DNA of 64,000 nucleotides from Phoronis australis (Eukaryota; Animalia; Phoronida). Below are positions 27,835 through 41,463 of the stretch, one piece after another. How positions within the stretch are numbered: position 1 is the stretch's first letter; every line of letters begins with the position of its first letter. The stretch spans positions 246,225-310,224 of the forward strand of contig NMRA01000510.1 in NCBI GenBank assembly GCA_002633005.1, given 5' to 3'. Made by a program: the position numbers and the translations under genes. The notes under the pieces are model-generated. The model made no database searches and had not been told where the DNA came from. It saw only the letters and a list, made by a program, of their open reading frames with translations.

Positions 27835-28495
27835 GGTATGGAAAGGGGAAAGACCACAAGTCTGGTGGCAGTGGGTGGTAAAAGAAAAATTTTAAAATGT
27901 ATTGAAAATTTCCATTTGACAAGGGAGACATTTTATGTTTTACATGACAAACTTTAGGTGATGATGACACAGCAGTACAAGACCCGTTACTGCTGGCGAT
28001 CACAGCTTACTGACATGCGAATGGAGCGGACTATCGCACGAATAGAGAGTTTTATTTGGAGTGGCCAAGTCAACTGTACCTAAATGCATCCACGGGATTT
28101 GTGCCATGCTCCGTGAATCATTGCTGACAAGATATGCCACCTTTCCACAAGAAGATTTAAAATATGTCATTGACTGGTTTGAGTTGTGTTGGGGATTTCC
28201 GATGCATAGATGGAACTCATGTCCCGTTTATTGCACCTTCTATGGTTCGTGGTGATTAACTAAACAGGAGAATTTTCTACTTTATTTGACCATGGATACA
28301 TCATGACTAACATAAACATAGGCTGGCCTGGACGTGTGGACTGGACTGCGCTTGAGTATTTGGTAATTCAGAGATTTATCAAAAAGCTGAAAGTGACTAC
28401 CTGTTTCAAGGGGTTTATCCAGGATTCCAAAACTGGGAGTCTCCACCAGCATTGGTGATGAATTGGTGAGGCTGCGGTGCCCTGTACTAGTGTAT
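27835..28495 (+). pseudogene. Degenerate PIF/Harbinger (HARBI1-like) transposase
   Basis: Frameshifted motifs in the expected order: WW, ENFHLTRETFYVL, ANGADYRT, FGVAKSTV, FE..WGFP, IDGTHVP, NINIGWPGRV. Confidence 0.85.
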
Positions 28496-30400
28496 CCATC
28501 CATGTAATAACATAGTGCATTGAAGTAGCACTGACAAAGCAAAAGACCATTCGTTTATTCTGTAACTTTAAATGATAAATGAAGGATTATACGTACGAAA
28601 CATTTTACTCGAAAAAGAATGTGGCGTTCATACTAGAGATGCCAATGTTGACCAAGTCCAAAAACTATCACAGAGGTAAAGATTTCTACAGCAATATACT
28701 GTCTTCTGCAAAGCAGACAGGCCGAATAAAGTGTGTTGGTGAAGCGAGTTGCATTTTTAGCATTCATATTCCTGACAGTCGAGCCTGTGTTTTCTCTCAG
28801 TTTCATGTCTTGCACATCATTCATAGTCATTGGTTTCCTGGTCATATTAATATTTTCATTTTTATGTTTATTAACTGATGTACACTGACACTATATTTAG
28901 GATAATCTCCTGATGGCTGTGACATGATTGTGACAAATTTTCATAGTCTGGAACCAGATTCAGTGGCCCTTGCAAAGCTATTTCTCAGCAAATTTGCGGT
29001 GTCCTGTATCTTTTGATGTGTCAAAACATTGCTGCTGTTAAATCTCTTAATTACATGTGTCGTGGGCAAAAGTCTCTTCCGACTCCGAATTTCAGCGTGC
29101 GACTGCAACTACTTAAAAGTGGTGACAACCACAATCTGTTTTCAAACCCTGAATGTGTGAACCTCTTTGTCAGCTAGTAACGAAATAATTGCATTTGGCA
29201 ATCTGAAAGTGTGTAACATTTACTTGCAAAATATGATTGGTTGCTATTTGGTGTTCTTCCCTGCTTCAAGACACTGGCGTTATGGAGGGGGGTCCACCTT
29301 GAAACTTAGTGCGTCCAGACCAGATTTATAGTTGACACAGTTAAATTGCGAGAACTTGTAAAACTTTTAGGTCACAAGCTGCATCAGTACATTTTTCTTC
29401 ATTCAACTGACCAAGCAAATGTTAAGGATGGGTACATTATTTTGTTATTCCAGAAGAAGAATGTCTTTAAACTTATTGGAGAGCTGACTGCCTGTAATTG
29501 ACCTATTGCCAGGATTTTGAGTGACGGCTTAACTGGCAAATCAGAACGCAGCATTCTTGTCACATCTTCCATTTCCAAGCTGCCATTTTACCCGACAAAC
29601 AACACACCTCATGGTTAAAAACTCTAGTATGTTTGTTCTGTGTCACAGGACTTTTGGCAAGGGGGCGGAGCTTGCGATAGGTCAATTGGCATGTGTATCC
29701 GTGAATGGAGTCAGCCATCAACTGTCATCCCATGTAACTGAGTGCACCCACCTCTTTCTGTTCCCCTTTTAACCCTGCCACAATGGCCCTTTGTTGAACC
29801 ACTATGACACTGGCTTAGAACAGTTATTATCTGCTCCATTGTTCCTTTCTAATAGGGGTCATGCCTTTGTGGTCCTTTTCTCCTCTGTCTGTGTTCCTAT
29901 GAATGAAATTCCCTGCTGGTTTCCTTTGATGCCTGTAGTGAAACTAGTAGGCTGTGCCTGTTGATCTGAATGTCAGTTGCAGTTGGAAGACTGGCATTCT
30001 GTCAAGGGTGAAGATTACTGCTAGTGTTAATTGTTGAGACTTCATGCAGTGGATGGTCCTTGTGGTCAGGCAGAAATGAGGTTAACTGAATTTATGTCCC
30101 AGTGATGTTCGTTTGTGAGGTCAGCTTGTAAACCATAGTTAACCCAGGCTTTTGTCACCGCCATGTCTTTGTTTTGTATGGCAGGTTCGTGTTGTTCAGA
30201 TCTACCAACAACTACGATTTTGGCAGACACACGGAAGTCCGTAACTTGTGTTTGCAATACGCGAGGGTGAAGTAACGGTAAACTAGTTCTGGCACTACTG
30301 CATGTGGCACTTACTTTATAAGGAAACCAGTTCGTGACTAAAATCAGTTGGTTTGAATACGGTATTTTTGTGGTTGTCTGAGGTTAAATCATGAGGGTAA

Positions 30401-31600
30401 TTTTTATGCGCCCACATATTTATATGTGGACAGATTTTTACAAAATTTGGTGAATAGCTTTCTATTAAAGAAGCTATGACATGTTTCCATTTTCGGATGT
30501 ATTGTACTTTTTTTAGGCCATATAGTGAACATTTTTATGACAAATAAACAACCCTAAAAGCACATCGTTAGCGATGCATTGATGGGTGCATTTCAACGCT
30601 CCACGTTGCTGTTGTTGATATTCAGGGGGAAATTTTTTTAACCTTACGAGGGGAATTTCGTGATATTTTTATGAGCCCACATATTTACATGTGGGTGTAT
30701 ATTCCTGTCATATCTGTCCGGGCGTCCGCAGGTGTATCTTCGAAACCCTCACAGGATCTTGAGATTTGGCAGATGGGAAGCTGACTATGGATGGCGACGA
30801 ATTTCGGACTAAGTGACTACNCACTGTGCCTAGTGGCAACTTTTTTTTTTTTTTTGCTGTTGCCTCTGTGTCTTTGGATGGATTTTTATGAAATTTTGCA
30901 AATTGTTTTTTTAAGGGGGCAACTACACCTTTCCATTTTCGAATGAATGTTCACAATTCTTGGCCACCTAGTTACCATTCTTTAAATTTGCGAGTCCGTT
31001 TTTTGGCGTCCGCCTTTCTGAATGCCAAAAGTGTGTTCTCAATGCGGAGACTGCAGACGACGGATGGGTTTGACTATTCCTGGGCCTCCTAATGGGGACT
31101 TTGTTTCATTTTGTGTCCATGGCTTTATCTCCCCTTTGCAAGTTCTTTGTGGAATTTGCAGGTGTGTTTCTATGGAGCTGACAACAGGTTATGACCAGTT
31201 TCAGACCAATCCAATGTTTCGTGTACGCCTTAGTGACAGTTTTTTTTTTTTACATTTTCATGTGTCTGGAGTTCATTGATGGATTTTCATGAAATTTGGT
31301 AGTGAGGTTTCTAGGAGACAACAGTGCCTTCCCATTTTCGGACAAATCTGATGTATTCTGCATCACCTATTGGGGATTTTCAAAAGTTTAGAGTCCGTTT
31401 TTAACAATCTCTTTCTGCTAAACTGCCTCAAGGATCATTGTAAAAATTGTCAAGTTTGTTTCTGATGGGAAGACCAAAACTGACTTTCATAATCGGTTAG
31501 GCTTGATTGGTGGCAGTTTTTTGCTTCTACGACTGTGTCGCTTTAAGCCTTTGCAGGATCTTTGTGGAATGTGTGTATTGGGAGAGCTTTAAATAGTCTC
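30401..31600 (+). mobile_element. Two adjacent HINE family A copies (N at 30821)
   Basis: tttttatgcgcccacatatttatatgtgg start; 3' end gggtgcatttcaacgctccacgttgctgttgtt at about 30617; second start at about 30666. Confidence 0.7.
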
Positions 31601-33344
31601 ATCGATACCCCACAGTTCATTCTGCGCCAAGTTGAACTTCAGTGGTCTTACTTTCAGGTCTTTTACGAATTTCACCTGATTTGTGACTAATTTGGTTAGG
31701 CCACTCTTCTCAAAAATTCAGTTTTTTTCACTGTCCATGCCCAACTGTCTACTCATTTTTTACTGGCTCATATTGTTTATCAAACACTCTTATTATATAC
31801 GTATTTGGATCTGCATTAGTTTGAGCCAGCGTTTCACAATTCTTTCATATCTTACAAATCTTAATTAAAAGTCGCTCTGCCAAACTCTGCTTGTACTGCT
31901 GTGGCCAGTGTATCCTGGTTTACTCACAGAACCTATCTAAAGAATTTATTTTGCACCGTTTCAATGTCTTTGGCTTCACGGAATCCCCAATGACACAAGT
32001 TAAGCCTTTTGACACTGATTTATGTTCATAAAAGGTTTAACCAAGGTGTTTCCTCGGGTGCCAGTCGTGACACTGGAGTGTGTAAACAGTGGTTTATAAG
32101 TTGATGCGAAGTGACAGTCATATACTCTAGGCTTAAGAATACTGCTGACAAAATACTTCCAATACAAGGAAGTTCATTATCATCTAAAAACAGTCGCTAT
32201 TTTATTTTTATGCATCATATGCTAAGACTAGAAGAACTGCTTTTTCCTGTGTAGAACTTGTTATATCCTGAATCTAGCACTGCATGTGTAATGTCTATCA
32301 TTTTTAATACCAGAAGTAAGGTTTACCGAAGTGTAATAAGCTTCTCATTGTATGTCAACAGGAGTTTGTTGTTACCTTTTGCAGGGCGTAAAGTTTCCTA
32401 TTCCTATTTTTGAGACTTTCTTTCTTATACTTTTCTGTGAAATTTCTATTTTTTCCTAATTTTCACTCATGGTGAGTCCAAATAAAAGGCCAGCAATAAA
32501 TCGTTGTTTTTCATAGCTGACATTTAACTCCATTGTGCTTAAAATAAATATGCTGCTGGGTTAGTTGTTTCATTGAGCTTCAAACGCATTATAGCTGGGG
32601 GATCTAATTGTGTTTGTGCACTTTTAAATATTAGAGGTACTAGAGCAATGTTATCCCCTCTCATGCAAATATGGCCACCCTGGATTACACAGGGACAAAT
32701 AGCCTCTAGCTGTATTTACCCACAATGCCATAAACATCCGTCAGGCACATTTGCTGCCTTGTTTTCATGCCACCGGAGTTTCACATGTTAGTTGTTATCT
32801 GATTCTTTACAAGTTCTTTCTCGGTTGCATTTCTCTATTTGTTCTTCCAATGCCAATGAAGTATTATTACTGTGGTATGGGTTGCAACTCTGAAGTGAAA
32901 ATTTTGATAAACGGGACAAATGCCGGTGGATGTCTGATGTGAAACTCTTCGCCTCCCACATCAACGAGACATGAAAATGTGTCTCATTTCAAAAAGTAGC
33001 TCCCCGCACTTTCTTATCTCCGTGTAATTCGGGATGGTCCTATTACATGCGCAGACAACACTTCATGGTGGTGAAACTACTTGGAATTATTGTATTTTAA
33101 TAACAACGAGGCTCAAGTTAATTAAAGTGATAAACGGATGAGGAATTGGTCAGAATACGTGAAGGGAGCTTGAGAAATTACTGAAGCGTAAGCCTATATG
33201 CCAGTGTTCTCCACAATACCAATTCCAAACTATACGCAAATTTCTAGAGTTCAGTATCAGTAGTCAACACTATAGGTGGAGGTATTTATGTGTTTCAAAA
33301 ATGTACATTGAACTGGTCAGGTGTGACCTACTTTTCAACACTTT

Positions 33345-33800
33345 GTAGGGCCTACACGTGAAAACCGCTTATGACTGTCTCACGAATGAAAAAATTGTTG
33401 TTAAAAGCACGTGGCCAGGAAGCGTGCGTTACATATCTGTCACTTGACATCGCAGACATTAGTCTCGGGAACTGTCAATGAATCAACACCGGGTAGCTAT
33501 ATCGGCAAGAAATAAATATTGGGCACTAATGTCAGAAAGTTTCTAATGCCGTAAAAACTGTTGCGTTGTTTTTAAAGAGAGATTGCCTTATTAATCGCTT
33601 TTTCAATGTATTCATAATTGGTGTTTTTAAAGTAAACTACCTGATAAAATGCCCCACTAATAGTGGACGCCTTCGCCCCCGAATCTCCCGGAAAATAACT
33701 CGGACTGGCACATCCAGTCACCCGGCGACTCAGTGCAATTCAGCCTTAGGCCCTACCGAGACAATTCTCGTACGTTTTAATAGTAGATGTGCAGGGTCAA
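33345..33800 (-). mobile_element. Internal fragment of the Tc2/pogo-like family
   Basis: Aligns by eye to about 19995-20400 (gcctacacgtgaaaaccgc...ttaaaagcacgtgg). Confidence 0.7.
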
Positions 33801-33957
33801 CAAAGTAATGATACTCCCTGTTTTTATCATAATTTCTTCCTCGTTTTTACTGAAAATGTCATATTTTTCTATTTTTTTCAATGCCTTGTGTTATTTGAAA
33901 CAATGCTTTTGTGTTGTTTGGCAGATACATAAATTTCTCTTGCATTTGTGTTTTTAG

Positions 33958-34064
33958 GCAGATGGTTGCCAGGGGTATCCTGGATACGCTCCGAGCTGTT
34001 GGTGGCATGGAGGAAGAGTGTGAGGGGGTGTTGGTGGCCATGTCACGACTGTCTGACGACTACG
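33958..34064 (+). CDS. PPP4R1: PPP4R1 exon 4
   Basis: QMVARGILDTLRAVGGMEEECEGVLVAMSRLSDDY|gtgagt. Confidence 0.95.
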
Positions 34065-36213
34065 GTGAGTGAAGTGGCTATCTAGCTTGGGCACACTACT
34101 GTACTGGGTTCGTTTGAGAAGAACGCAGGCCGTGTTAGTTTGAAGTAGGGGACATACTATTCACGACCGTACATCACAAAATGATGTGGATGCAACGTCT
34201 TGAGAAGGATGCTGTTGTACCAAGTTGTTGTTGATTCAGATGACCTTGGTGTATTTTTCAAGGTCACACCAAAGAAAACTACATGAAGATGATATACACT
34301 CCAAGGAATATGTGAGTGTCGATCGAAGTTTTGTGTCGCTCTTGAAACATTGTTCCATGGGGCTGGGGGTCATGATTCCCTAATACTTTTGGTGCTTGGT
34401 GGCAAGGTTTGGAGGGCAGTATTGGTGAAAGCGATTGTAAACGGACTTAATGGCCTTATGTGCGTGTGCTGAACTTTCTGTTTGCTTACATTTAATTAGT
34501 TATTTGTCAAGACATTGTTAAGGGCTGTTCCAGTAAAATCTGTATGGGAGGGGGGGAAGGCACCTTTTTTTCGCACCCACCACCCATATTTTTCATTTAT
34601 TTCTTCAGCCTACCACCCGTAATTTTTTATAAGTTTGAAATGCAACCACCCGTAATTTTTTTTGTCCTTGTGGTTGACTGCACAGGCGCTTGAGTTTATC
34701 TGTTCCTCCATCACCACTAACGTCATTCATTACAAAGAAAACGCATGTTTCTTATATATGGTTATTAGCCATCGAGAAATTTGAGCACCTGTGGTTAAAT
34801 GGTGTTATGGGCATGCCGATGAGGAGATCGGAGGGAGTGAAAAAGTCGGAGCTTTTTGCAAGTTGCATTTTTGTTTCAGTTTTTGATTCTGTGCGGATTG
34901 TTTATAAAATTTACTAAAATTACCCACCATCAAACATTTATGGCCCAATGAAACAACAACGACCTGTAAATTTTTATTTTNGACGGAACTAATGGGTGGA
35001 GGTGGGTACAAAGGACCTGGTGTTTGGTAATAGGGAGAGCTGTTGGTGTTATTGGGAAAAGAACTACTGGATAATGGTCGGTACAAAGGACTTGGTGTCG
35101 GGCAATAGGAGTCACTGCTGGTGCTTTTGAGGAAGAACTTGTGTGTAAAAGAGGATACACTGGGCATGGTGCCAGGTAATAGGAGTCACTGCTGGTGCTA
35201 TTTGCAAAAGCATCTAGTTAATGGAGAAAGGTGGTTACAAGGGACATGGGGACTGGTAGTAGTTGATAAAACTTGGTGCAACGGACTCACCTATGTTTCC
35301 TAACATTTCACCAATTTTAGTTTTGATTCTCGCAGAGAGTAATATATTCGTTGAATTTTCAGTGCAGTATTATTGAAAATGAATAGTAAGCTTTTCATGC
35401 AACGCTCCTAGTTCAAAATCTGAGTTCCAATTTACTTTCATTTGGTTTTCTTTTGTATTGAAAGAAAATTTCATCATAATACAGATAAATTATTAGAAAA
35501 AAATTTACATTTTTTAGTTAACAAAGACGAATTTGCACCGAAGGGTTTAGTGCCCGGTTGCATGAAACAGTCCCAAATAGAGACTCAACTAAGTGCCCTA
35601 AATCTACTGCGTACCTTTGGACTTGTGAAAACATCGATTGCCCTTTCTTGTGATGTTTTAGTTTCATTACTAAGTCACCTTTTGACTGGTGCAAATCAAG
35701 AGTGAACTCTACGTTGAATTGTCAATATTATCGAAAATAATTAGGGATCTTTCTATGCAACACGTCCAAATTAAGGACTGAGTTCCTAATTGTTATCTAT
35801 GAACTCTGGGCTCAGTTTTTAGTGGTGTGATTAGAAAATGTTATTAAACATAGAGGATCTCATAATAAAGTTGAAATGATAGATAGAAAAATATTACATC
35901 TTTGAGTTCATAAAGACACAAATACTCAAAAAGACTTAAGGTACCTGTGTTGAGTTCCTATTTTTGACTGTTTCATGCAACTGGCCACAGGAACTTAGTT
36001 GAGCACTGATTTGGGAATGTTTCATGCAACCAGCCACTGCTACAAGTTACCTGGTATCCTACAATAGTTGATGATGGTGGGTGTAAGGGACCTGGTGTCA
36101 CACTAGAAGGTGCCGCTACTGATGCTATTGGGTGAAGGAATGGATGACCACTGTGTGGGTGGCACCAGTTCCAAAACACAATGTTTGACTGCTACGGCTC
36201 TGGTCTATTTCAG

Positions 36214-36299
36214 GGGATGTTGAGGAGCAGATCTGTCCAATCATCCTTCAGTTGACGGGACCTGACAGTATTGATGACCTCCGCACAGAAGCTGTGGCT
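36214..36299 (+). CDS. PPP4R1: PPP4R1 exon
   Basis: DVEEQICPIILQLTGPDSIDDLRTEAVA, compare DVETKVCPVLIELTAPDSNDDVKTEAVA. Confidence 0.93.
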
Positions 36300-37689
36300 G
36301 TGGGTTTAATACAATTGTTTTAAGCTTTTAAGCAAGTTTTGGTTTCTTCTGAGTAAAAATCGACATTTTTGGAGTATGCAATATCCGTTGAGATATTTTC
36401 CTTTATTGAGGGATGTAGGGTATGTTACTTCGTCTTCGAGCATAATTATTTTTACAATGATTTCTCATGCTTACATTTTCGCCATCTTAGTCTCGTCTTG
36501 TAGAAGAATATGCGTTATCTGCAGTGTAATTGGCCAAAGCATCGATGACAAAGATTACAATAGCCAATCATAACATTTCTGAAAATAACCAACTTGGATT
36601 TGTTCATCGGCTGCTCTTCATCACTATGTTTCTCTTCTGTATCGGTTTTTTCACTCAAAATGTCAAATACAATTAACGTGTGTAATGAAGCATATGTATA
36701 TGAAATTGATGCTGGTATTAAAAAAAACGAGTTGAGGTGGGATTGGTTACATTCTAAAGGTGCAACAAGTTCAGTAGATGGGAGCATGAACCCATGTGAC
36801 CATTGAGAATGAATGCTCAGAGTCACCTCACGACTGTGTGGTCACGAACACAGCAAGTTGTGAAAAGAGAAATCCACCCAAGTTTCTTAATTCAATAGGT
36901 AGTTTGACATTTCCATGCTAGCGATGTGCTTTAACCACTAACTCGATTTCTGTTATCCATTTTCTAATTGGTTTCGTGTCAGTCTCCCGGCATGTGGTGT
37001 ACATAACAATGAACTGTTGACCTACTTTTAAGTAGGTTAGCAGTTGATCCCTCCTCTAGGTTGGGGACAGTGACGTTCTAGTGATAATTATATTAGCTAT
37101 ATACTGTTAATACAGGTCATATTGCGAGTGAATGTTGAAATAGCTAATATGGTTAAGGCATATATAGGTTATATTGACTGAACACAAATTTACACCAAAT
37201 AATTATTCGAAGACCTTGAGATTTTCACTAGTCCCAGTTTAATTAGCTTTTTCTCACCTCCAGTAAATTGGCTTTATTCTCGGAAACGTCTCGGTGGATT
37301 TCGCTGAAACTTTCCAAACAATATTTATTCATCAATCTCAAAAATGCTGTAGGGTTTTCGATATCTAGGCCTAGTTTTTGGGTAATGTAACAAAGACTGC
37401 TATTTTTTACAAAAACACCTTGTGTGTTGCAAGTTGATTTGTCAGAAAGCAAACGAAAAAAAATTATCGAAAATTCCTATTTTGATGTATCTGGTGAAGT
37501 TTTCATTTGAAAAAGGTTTTATTAAAATCGACAGTGTTTACTTTGCTATGACTGTACCTTTCTTGAAAATGAAATTATGACATAAAAAGATGTTAATGTA
37601 ATAATGTTAACGGTACATAAATGTGAAATGTATTTTTATATTCCCTGATATTTTTTCTTTTTACTTTTACTGGTTGACAAAGCTTAGGT

Positions 37690-38640
37690 TTTTATATTTA
37701 ATGTGGACGCATTATGCCATCATCTCCGTCCTCAACGTATTTTCATAAAATTTGGCATATAGTCATCTATTAAGGAGATGACGCTATCCTCTCGTTTTCG
37801 GAAAGATTCGACATAGTTTTGCGCCACCTAGTGACCCCCCCCCAGTCTGTTTTTTGGCGTCCACCACTCTATCAACCAAACTCTAAGGATGATTGTGAAA
37901 ATTGGTATGTATGTTCTTAGTATAAAGATGACGGCTGCCGATGATTTTCCAATGATTTTAACTACTGTGGCGCCTCCTAGTGGCAGTTTTGTATTTGCGC
38001 CCGTGGCTGTATCTCCTAAACCCACTGCAGGATCTTTGTTAAGTTTAGTAAGTGTATTTATATGAAGGGCACAACAGACAATGACAACTTTCGGGCGGAT
38101 CCAAAGAACACTGTGCCCTCTAGTGGCAATTGCATTTTATTCTGTTTTCCTTTGTTTCTCTGAAGTTCCTTGACGGATTTTTGTGAAATTTGGTGTATAG
38201 CTTTCTATTAAAGAAGCATTGACATGTTTCCATTTTCGGACGAANTGGCGCCTCCTAGTGGCAGTTTTGTATTTGCGCCCATTTCTGTATCTCCTAAACC
38301 CACTGCAGGATCTTTGTTAAGTTTAGTAAGTGTATTTATATGAAGGGCACAACAGACAATGACAACTTTCGGGCGGATCCAAAGAACACTGTGCCCTCTA
38401 GTGGCAATTGCATTTTATTCTGTTTTCCTTTGTTTCTCTGAAGTTCCTTGACGGATTTCTGCGAAATTTGGTGTATAGCTTTCTATTAAAGAAGCATTGA
38501 CATGTTTCCATTTTCGGACGAATTGTATGTTTTTGCGCCATCTAGTGGCCATTTCTATGACAAAAATAAGCAACCCTAAAAGCACTCCATTTGCGATGCA
38601 TTCGTGGGCGCATTTCAACGCTCCCGTGTTGCTCTTGTTT
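37690..38640 (+). mobile_element. HINE family A copy (partly duplicated across N38245)
   Basis: Core repeats with gcgcc.cctagtggc; 3' end gtgggcgcatttcaacgctcccgtgttgctcttgtt. Confidence 0.75.
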
Positions 38641-39014
38641 GATATTCGCATTAGAATGGAGGCCACTAAATAAGGTTTGAGATAACCTTCAATCTAAAGG
38701 CATAAGTAATTGGTATGGAGAATTAGTCACTCCATAATATATCCATATATAATGAAATAATAAAAGATACTGAAATGCTATAGTCATTGTTTGCACTTTT
38801 GGAGAATGTTGGCTCAGAGGAAATATTTCGATGAAGTTAATATTGTGACTAGTGAGATTGTTTCCTTTTAGTTGTTCACAAGGTTGGATTCTGATATAAC
38901 AAGTTTGTGATCAGTGTTTCTGGTACGCACTGAGCATGGAATGTGGTGTTGGCAAGGTTCTACGGTGTAGAGTCTCTGAGTGCTGCTGTTGAGCACGTTG
39001 CCATGGAAATGCTG

Positions 39015-39095
39015 GATCACTGTGTGAAAGACATGGGTAGTGAGATGGTCACTGTAAATGCACCTCGCTACCGTGTCTTTTCCAAAGTTTTCTTG
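39015..39095 (+). ncRNA. mir-71: pre-miR-71 (mature 39025-39047)
   Basis: TGAAAGACATGGGTAGTGAGATG matches the canonical miR-71-5p; complementary arm cctcgctaccgtgtcttttcc. Confidence 0.97.
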
Positions 39096-39334
39096 ACCTC
39101 GTCCGTCTCCTCTATATTTGGAGTTAGACATTGGTTTGTCTTGGTCTGGCTGGTGTTCTGCTGAGAGTTCTTGGAAGTGAGTAAGTAGTCCAGTGGAGGT
39201 ATTATTTGCTATCTTTATGTTCTGAGTCCCTATGAATTACCACCGCCACATTGGTTTGCAGTTATTCTGCTGATTTTTATCTAGAAAACTTGCCTTGGAG
39301 ATGTAGTGACAGTTGTTTTCTGGTGCTCGGCATC

Positions 39335-39424
39335 TATGCCGTGCCTGACCATCACAGCTGGTGTGCCGGTAGTACACTCTCTAGCAGCCTATCACAGCCA
39401 GCTTTGATGAGCCTGGCGCAGCAT
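39335..39424 (+). ncRNA. mir-2: pre-miR-2 copy 1 (mature 39390-39412)
   Basis: TATCACAGCCAGCTTTGATGAGC matches canonical miR-2a, on the 3' arm of a hairpin. Confidence 0.95.
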
Positions 39425-39429
39425 AACTC

Positions 39430-40125
39430 ACAGACGATGCACTTCAGATTTTGCGGGCAGTGGAGAAGTGATCCAAGTACCGCTGTGCCTTCTAGTGGTA
39501 TTTTTTTTACATTTGCCTCTGTATCTTCGGAGTTCAGCAATGTATTTTCATGAAATTCGGCAGATAGGTTTCCATTAAGAAGACAACAACGCCTTCCCAT
39601 TTTCAGAGACTTGATGTTTTCTGTGTCAGCTGGTGGCCATTTGAAAATTTTTATATTTGTTTTTTATGTCTGCCTCTCGAATCTGCCAAACCACTCTAAA
39701 AATCATTGTGAAAATTTGTGGTTGTGTTCCTGATTCGAAGACCCTCGCTGGCGTTGATTTTTGGACATTTTCTACTATGCTGGGGCAATTTTGCTTTTTT
39801 TTGCGTCTACAGCTGTATTTTCTTAAACCTTTGAAGGATCTTTACGAAATTTGGCAGATGGGCTCCTATAGCAATGACAACAGATAACGATGTGTTTCAG
39901 ACCAATAGGACTATAGCTGTGCCCCCTAGTGTCAATTGTTTTTACATTTGCCTCTACATCTGAGGAGTTCCTTAGCTTATTGTCATGAAATTTGGCAGAT
40001 AGTTGTGTATCACAAGGACAGTGCCACCTTCTCCATTCAGACAGGCTTTTCGCATTTGGCGCCATCTAATGGCCGATTTTATGGTACTAAAAACACCCAT
40101 AGCACACTGTTTGCGTTGCTCTTGG
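39430..40125 (+). mobile_element. Degenerate HINE family A copy inside the miRNA cluster
   Basis: Core repeats (gtgccccctagtg, gcgccatctaatggcc) and the 3' end gcgttgctcttg. Confidence 0.65.
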
Positions 40126-40171
40126 TAGTGGTGGTAGTGGTCAACTGGTATGTCCCTGGACATGATAGCTT

Positions 40172-40239
40172 GTTGTAGGTGTCCACCAGGGAGTGATGTG
40201 TTGCTGGTCATATCACAGCCTGCTTGGATAACCTGTAGC
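40172..40239 (+). ncRNA. mir-2: pre-miR-2 copy 2 (mature from 40211)
   Basis: TATCACAGCCTGCTTGGATAAC pairs with gtaggtgtccaccagggagtgatgtg. Confidence 0.88.
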
Positions 40240-41463
40240 CAGTCATTTTCTGCAGTCTCTCCTTTCCAAGGCTTTTGCACTAAATGTTCAGTGATTTTAG
40301 TGCTGGTTCATAGTCTTGTCATATTTGCAATGCCATCTGTTGTCAGTCAGTGATGACTAATAAATTCATTGGTGTCCTCCGTAATTGTTCTGAAGCTGCT
40401 TAATATGCTTATCTCAAAGGGTTGATCAAGGTAAAAAAAAAACTTGAAGATATACATCAAATATGTGACTTGGTATAATGTTTACCTCTTTTCTTTAATC
40501 AAAGTAAAAGCTTTTTTGAGCACAATTTCATACCTCTGCCGAGATCAGAAAATCCTCTTATTTTTGTGACCTGGGGTCCTTGAACATCAGTCAAGGAACG
40601 ATTTCTGAATGACGGCCATGTCCTTGAAAACGTATTGATGTCACGGTGAGCGTAAGAGTTATTTTGTTTGGTTGTTTTTTAGTCTCATTTCGGGGTTTTT
40701 TATACAAATATTCTGATAAAGGTTAAAAACGTGCTACTAGGTGTTTAACTTCACTACTTCAGACCTTCAACAGATATGATGCACTTACTAGGCAACTTCA
40801 GAATTCAATGAATACTTTGATTGCCCTGAGAAATACTATCCATTATGTTTTGTCATGTACATGTGTGTTTTTCTTGTTATTTTTACTCGTGGTGGCTTTC
40901 CCAATCTTGTGAAGGCACACAGAGCTGGCAGCATTATAGTACGTTACGCATTATATTATGTTATGCATTATAGTATGTTATGCCAAGTGACTCCATCCTC
41001 TTATCTCCCTTGTGGCTTTGCTTAATCACCATTGCTGTAGAGGTCGCCGGTGTTTGTGTTTTGGCTTTCAGCCAGTGACCTGTGTCAGTGAACTGATGTG
41101 TCCTTACAGATGACTTGGGTATTCCACAGTTTGGTGCCTTTTTGTCAAGATTATGTCAAGGGCACTTGTTCCGCAGTTTGTAGTTGTGTGAAGTAGTTGA
41201 TCCGCCATCCACTCTTGTAGTCCTCTGTCAGCTAGTCTTTAGGTGCTGTAATTGCTTTCTATGTTTTATCATGGTTGCTGTGTTTGCTATTATGATGTTA
41301 TTTATGAGATGGCTTCCCAGATAGCATGTTTGGTAAGTTGATTTTTTCAAATTCTCTTTTGTCATTGTGACATTTTTGTTAGGTTTGGTTTGCCATTTTG
41401 GTTTGGCATCATGAGAGTTGTGGATAAGTTGTAATAAAAATCTATCTGGTTGCAACTTGTTCG

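Noticed and set aside
37968-38524. About 277-bp tandem duplication
   Set aside because: The junction is exactly at N38245 and the copies are near-identical; most likely a contig or haplotype overlap artefact
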